Part shown: positions 33,517 through 37,218 of the stretch, in pieces
How positions within the stretch are numbered: position 1 is the first letter of the stretch
How the letters are laid out: each line of letters opens with the position of its first letter
Position numbers and translations under genes: made by a program
From: Pseudobdellovibrionaceae bacterium
GTDB taxonomy: Bacteria; Bdellovibrionota_B; Oligoflexia; Oligoflexales; Oligoflexaceae
Length of the DNA: 37,218 nt
Assembly (NCBI GenBank): GCA_002725955.1
Contig: PBRN01000273.1
Coordinates: 1 to 37,218 of the forward strand
Direction of reading: 5' to 3'
Notes under the pieces: model-generated
Databases searched by the model: none
What the model saw: only the letters and a program-made list of their open reading frames with translations
Told to the model about the DNA's origin: nothing

Positions 33517-34383
33517 ATGAAGTACTTAATCTTAGCTTTAGCCTCATTTTTTCTAGCTGGTGTTGTAGCGCTAGCAGGTGCAAGGGGTGGCTTAATGACG
33601 GGTTCATGGCCTATTTTGACGATCGTTTTTCTAGTTACGTTTCTGATTCAGTGGATTATGTATGTGCCTTCATATATTTGGCAGACGGAAAAGTTTTTTG
33701 ACCTTACTGGCAGCCTTACCTATATAACAGTTATCTTCCTAAGCTTATTATTAATCGATGCGACATCCATCAGAACGATCCTTTTGGCCACGATGATTAC
33801 TTTTTGGTCTGTGAGACTAGGAAGTTTCCTGTTCTTAAGGGTTATGAAGGATGGTGAAGATAAACGTTTTAAACTGATCAAGACCTCGGGGGCTAGGTTC
33901 TTTATGACTTGGAGTCTGCAAGGATTATGGGTTTTCTTAACTGCAGCTTGCGCCTTAACCGCCATGACTTCTGGTAAAACCATTGCAATGGGGTTCTGGG
34001 GTTGTTTAGGGACATTACTTTGGGTTCTCGGTTTTCTAATTGAAGTCATTGCGGACCGGCAGAAACAGCAGTTCCGGACTGATGAAAATAATCAAAACAA
34101 ATTCATTACCAGTGGATTATGGTCAATATCACGCCATCCCAACTATTTTGGTGAAGTGTTACTCTGGACCGGTATTGCCTGCATCGCTTTACCAACTTTA
34201 TCCGGAATGCAATGGGTCACACTTATTTCCCCTGTGTTTGTCTATTTACTGATTCGTTATGTAAGCGGAGTTCCAATGCTTGAAGAAAGTGCAGATCGGA
34301 AGTGGGGAGACATAGAGGCGTATCAAATGTACAAAGCTAAAACCGCCATCTTCATCCCTTATTTTATAAGGGCAAAACGTTAA
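33517..34383 (+). CDS. DUF1295 / steroid 5-alpha-reductase-like polytopic membrane protein
   Basis: Multiple TM segments. The C-terminal signature is GLWSISRHPNYFGEVLLWTG. Confidence 0.8.
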   Translation: MKYLILALASFFLAGVVALAGARGGLMTGSWPILTIVFLVTFLIQWIMYVPSYIWQTEKFFDLTGSLTYITVIFLSLLLIDATSIRTILLATMITFWSVRLGSFLFLRVMKDGEDKRFKLIKTSGARFFMTWSLQGLWVFLTAACALTAMTSGKTIAMGFWGCLGTLLWVLGFLIEVIADRQKQQFRTDENNQNKFITSGLWSISRHPNYFGEVLLWTGIACIALPTLSGMQWVTLISPVFVYLLIRYVSGVPMLEESADRKWGDIEAYQMYKAKTAIFIPYFIRAKR

Positions 34384-34742
34384 TTACCGATCCCATGAAA
34401 AATGGAAACTAGAGCAAAAATAAGCATTAATGTTACCAGCAATCTACCTAAGACTCTTTTGAATCTGGATTTCATCATTGGATCCAATTAGATAACCCCT
34501 TATTAAGGCGTAGCATTGTGATTTACTCACTAAATTGAACATTATCTATCATTCGATATTCACTAAAACCGAGTTTTATGAGGGCTGCGGCTATAATATA
34601 GTCATCGGCAAAATTGACCTAGATACAGTAAAGGCTAGAGCATAGGAGATCAACGACTTTTATTGCGCATGCTAGATATTGAGACATACTATATTTATCA
34701 AGGTTAAGAAGATACGCTGCCCTTAGCAAAAACCAGTTATGA

Positions 34743-35570
34743 TTGTTAGAAAGGTCAACCTTGCTTGAATCAGCAATAGACTCTCCCCCTACAATAATCG
34801 ATCCTAACGACAAAACTATAGGTTCAATGAGTGATCATAAAGACGCAGCCAAAGAATATGGTTGTTATCATTATCTGCGCAGTGATGAAAGTAAACCTCA
34901 TTATGTCCAGACTGGCATAACTGAATCATTTTCTATTCACGATCGACTGGATTATTCTGGTTTTTGTATCAAGAGCACAAGAGATGCCTCTCAACATTTT
35001 TCACAGGCTCAGATTACCACTTGGGCTTACTATTCAAAGTTGGGCGAATCCTTTGCGAAACCTAAACAAGTTGATCTTTTAGCTGATTTGCCTCAGGCGG
35101 AATCAGTTATTAGCTGTAGATACTATTTAAGATCGAACCAACTGCGTGTATATCGAAAGGTCAATAGTGAAACCTTAAAAGTCTTTGACTACCCCTATCG
35201 CGGCGAGTTGCCTATATTACCACTGATGAGGTGCTTTCTGGGTCCATTGATTTATCTGATGAGTAAAAGCGAGAGGGGGACATCTGAAATGATCGTACCT
35301 GATATTCGTGACCCTGCGTCATCTGAGTTTGCTCTCCCGTTATTTGAAAAGCGCAACGCACAGATTTTACCACAACGAAAGAAAAAAATAATGATCGACT
35401 CCCAAGATCGATGCGCACAAGCATATAGCTTCCTTGGGGGAAACTATGATCATAACAGTATTTTTTGGCTAGATAGAAGCAACCAACTATTACTTTGTTA
35501 CGATTATAAGGCTCCAAATGGAGAGAAATGGAGGACTTGGCTAAAGAATCACAGATCGGAATCTATCTAA
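34743..35570 (+). CDS. Hypothetical protein (start uncertain: TTG 34743 or ATG 34827)
   Basis: An uninterrupted 275-codon ORF with normal amino-acid composition. It has no signal peptide, and I recognise no motif. Confidence 0.45.
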   Translation: MLERSTLLESAIDSPPTIIDPNDKTIGSMSDHKDAAKEYGCYHYLRSDESKPHYVQTGITESFSIHDRLDYSGFCIKSTRDASQHFSQAQITTWAYYSKLGESFAKPKQVDLLADLPQAESVISCRYYLRSNQLRVYRKVNSETLKVFDYPYRGELPILPLMRCFLGPLIYLMSKSERGTSEMIVPDIRDPASSEFALPLFEKRNAQILPQRKKKIMIDSQDRCAQAYSFLGGNYDHNSIFWLDRSNQLLLCYDYKAPNGEKWRTWLKNHRSESI

Positions 35571-35709
35571 TTTTTTCTAACATTCACCTAAATACATAAA
35601 ACTTTAATAAGACTGAATCCTTCCCGAATATGGGTATTTCTTTTTATATGCCTCTAATAAAAAGAAATTTCCATCCGTATTACTTTGGTTCAATGAAGTA
35701 ATAAACTTT

Positions 35710-35741
35710 TTGACTTATCATTTATATGATAGTCTTATAAT
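35710..35741 (+). promoter_or_regulatory. Candidate promoter with over-long 20-nt spacer carrying a dyad (MerR-type architecture) upstream of the BASS transporter
   Basis: TTGACT (35710-35715), a 20-nt spacer, then TATAAT (35736-35741). The spacer contains TATCAT-TTAT-ATGATA (35716-35731). Pairing extends to GAC…GTC if one bulged T is allowed. Confidence 0.3.
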
Positions 35742-35777
35742 ATTAAAAAATTAAAAACAACTTATGGATGGTAGAGT

Positions 35778-36638
35778 ATGGAAGCTAGTATCCTCTCTAA
35801 AGTAGTTCTGCCCTTGTCGCTATTTATTATCATGCTTGGGATGGGACTATCTCTAAACATAAATGACTTTAAGCAGGTCGGAAAAAGCCCAAAAGCAGTT
35901 ACGATAGGACTGATTTGTCAGATGGTCATGCTACCGTTGATCGGTTTTTTTGTAGCTATTGGCTTTGGCTTATCCCCTACTCTTGCTATCGGTATTTTTA
36001 TTTTATGCCTTTGCCCGGGGGGCGTGACGTCTAATCTATTTTGTTATCTATCAAGAGGCAATGTGGCTTTATCAATTAGCTTAACCGCTATAGTTAGCCT
36101 GATAACTCCTTTCACTATTCCAATTTTTGCAGCTATCGGCATGACTTATTTTCTTGAGGGTGGCCGCACCATAGAGTTGCCATTGGTTAAAACCATTACG
36201 ACATTGATTGCAATTACCTTAGTACCTGTGGGGCTTGGCATGACCATTAGAAAGAAATGGCATAATGTGGCTCAAAAGGCGGAAAAACCGGTAAAAATAT
36301 TATCAATGGCATTCTTATTCATCATTATTGGCGGCATAGCCCAGCAAAATTGGGACAATATTCCAAGCTTCTTCGCTCAAATAGGTATGGCAGCCTTTAT
36401 TCTCAATGTAGTTACCATGCTATTAGGTTATTTTATACCTTCATTCTTAGGATTGGAGACAAAGGATTGTGTCAGTATTGGTGTCGAAGTTGGTATTCAA
36501 AATGGTACCACAGCTTTGTTCATCACTAGTACATTATTAGAGGACCCTGTGATGTCAATTCCCGCAGCTACCTATAGTTTGATCATGTTTGCGACCGGTG
36601 CTGCCTATGCCTATTTCTGGCAAAAAAAGATAACTTGA
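35778..36638 (+). CDS. Bile acid:sodium symporter (BASS/SBF-like) family transporter
   Basis: A polytopic 286-aa protein with the family core LAIGIFILCLCPGGVTSNLFCYLSRGNVALSISLT and a second repeat, GVEVGIQNGTTA. Confidence 0.85.
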   Translation: MEASILSKVVLPLSLFIIMLGMGLSLNINDFKQVGKSPKAVTIGLICQMVMLPLIGFFVAIGFGLSPTLAIGIFILCLCPGGVTSNLFCYLSRGNVALSISLTAIVSLITPFTIPIFAAIGMTYFLEGGRTIELPLVKTITTLIAITLVPVGLGMTIRKKWHNVAQKAEKPVKILSMAFLFIIIGGIAQQNWDNIPSFFAQIGMAAFILNVVTMLLGYFIPSFLGLETKDCVSIGVEVGIQNGTTALFITSTLLEDPVMSIPAATYSLIMFATGAAYAYFWQKKIT

Positions 36639-36656
36639 CTAGAAAAAACTAGATTA

Positions 36657-36691
36657 ATAGAGAGATCAAACGAATAGTTTGCTCTCTCTAT
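36657..36691 (-). terminator. Intrinsic terminator hairpin between convergent BASS and sodN genes
   Basis: ATAGAGAGA-t-CAAAC-gaata-GTTTG-c-TCTCTCTAT, i.e. 14 bp in two helices. On the minus strand it is followed by TAGTTTTTTCT, so it serves sodN. On the plus strand it is followed by TTAAAAAAAATTT, a poorer U-tract. Confidence 0.65.
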
Positions 36692-36728
36692 TTAAAAAAA
36701 ATTTGTAATTGATTACTTAAACTTTTGG

Positions 36729-37193
36729 TTAGTGGTGATGCTTGTTGTAAAGATCTCTGAAGAGTTCAAAATTTTCCCTGAGTGCTTCTAGGTTCTTTAA
36801 ATCCGTGGTTTGTTTGCTTTTCATGGCGTATACCGTCATACGATGCAGTAGAACCAATTTGCTAACTAATATATTATATTTTTCCTTTTCTTTGGTTTCA
36901 ACCAGCTTTATTCTCTGTGCGGAAAAATATTGTTGTAACTTGTCGGCGAAGTGATCTGCATGAAATTCCTTATTCTGAACCCATCGAACTGTTTGGTTTG
37001 GTTCCGTTTTACCATTGCCAGCTAGTTTATTAATCTCATTCATAGACTTCTCAATAGTCCGAAGGTCTAATTCTAGCTCTCTAAAAACATTTTCATCATC
37101 GTACAAACCACATGGAATTTGGCAATGAGCATTAGCAAAGGAAGGGAGAGCGAAAAAGGCAAACAATGTTAAAAACCCTAATGTACCATTCAT
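36729..37193 (-). CDS. sodN: Nickel superoxide dismutase with hydrophobic signal-peptide-like leader
   Basis: AGGAG Shine-Dalgarno. The 22-aa leader is MNGTLGFLTLFAFFALPSFANA. It is followed directly by the Ni-hook HCQIPCGLYDD (consensus H-C-x-x-P-C-G-x-Y), with the His codon at 37127-37125. The remaining four-helix-bundle-length body ends …YNKHHH. Confidence 0.85.
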   Translation of the reverse strand: MNGTLGFLTLFAFFALPSFANAHCQIPCGLYDDENVFRELELDLRTIEKSMNEINKLAGNGKTEPNQTVRWVQNKEFHADHFADKLQQYFSAQRIKLVETKEKEKYNILVSKLVLLHRMTVYAMKSKQTTDLKNLEALRENFELFRDLYNKHHH

Positions 37194-37218
37194 AATTTGC
37201 TCCTAAATAAAGCGAACA

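Noticed and set aside
1-37218. Search for CRISPR arrays, transposases, integrases, phage genes or known anti-phage defence operons.
   Set aside because: I saw no tandem direct repeats with spacers, no IS-like inverted repeats flanking an ORF, and no recombinase, nuclease or ATPase gene combinations typical of defence islands. The cNMP-binding protein lacks a neighbouring cyclase.

Overview
This is a 37.2-kb chromosomal-looking segment from an AT-rich Gram-negative bacterium. My impression is about 40% GC, but I did not compute it. Sec signal peptides, a beta-barrel protein and periplasmic proteins occur throughout. The taxon cannot be determined by eye. I support about 35 protein-coding genes plus a few hairpins and promoter-like sites. 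I found no rRNA, tRNA, CRISPR array, transposase, integrase or phage genes.

Gene content from left to right:
- Outer-membrane protein (OMP) gene plus a secreted protein gene that runs off the left edge.
- YqfO-like small protein.
- A compact three-gene RiPP operon: a Sec-exported Cys-rich precursor, a DUF692/MNIO enzyme and a DUF2063 partner (bufferin type).
- A secreted GH31 glycosidase followed by an oversized M19-like dipeptidase.
- A DUF4360-like secreted protein.
- A CheX-like protein with a poly-Asp tail.
- A cNMP-binding protein with an unknown C-terminal domain.
- SelO, a small 4-Cys protein and a YkgJ-type Cys-cluster protein.
- Two divergent sensor-less mini-MCP paralogues, one translationally coupled to a degenerate CheX-like protein.
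- An NmrA-like reductase and a STAS-like/coiled-coil protein.
- HPF, a GGCT-like protein, DUF924 and GloB.
- An orphan LivK-like binding protein, a GNAT and a membrane HAMP-GAF-PAS-Hpt-CheA(P4) kinase with a convergent CheY.
- An imelysin and DUF1111 di-haem pair.
- DUF1295, a hypothetical protein and a BASS transporter.
- A NiSOD with a signal-peptide-like leader.

The best candidate for a new or barely described system is the MNIO/bufferin-type RiPP operon at 3172-5050. The non-canonical chemotaxis-derived modules come next: the mini-MCP/CheX-like genes at 15925-18651 and the receptor-fused CheA-type kinase at 26920-30206. The apparently exported NiSOD follows.

All family calls rest on motifs I recognise by eye. 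No searches were run. Several starts are non-ATG (TTG at 3442, 16431, 17348, 26920 and 31956) and are less certain than the stops.
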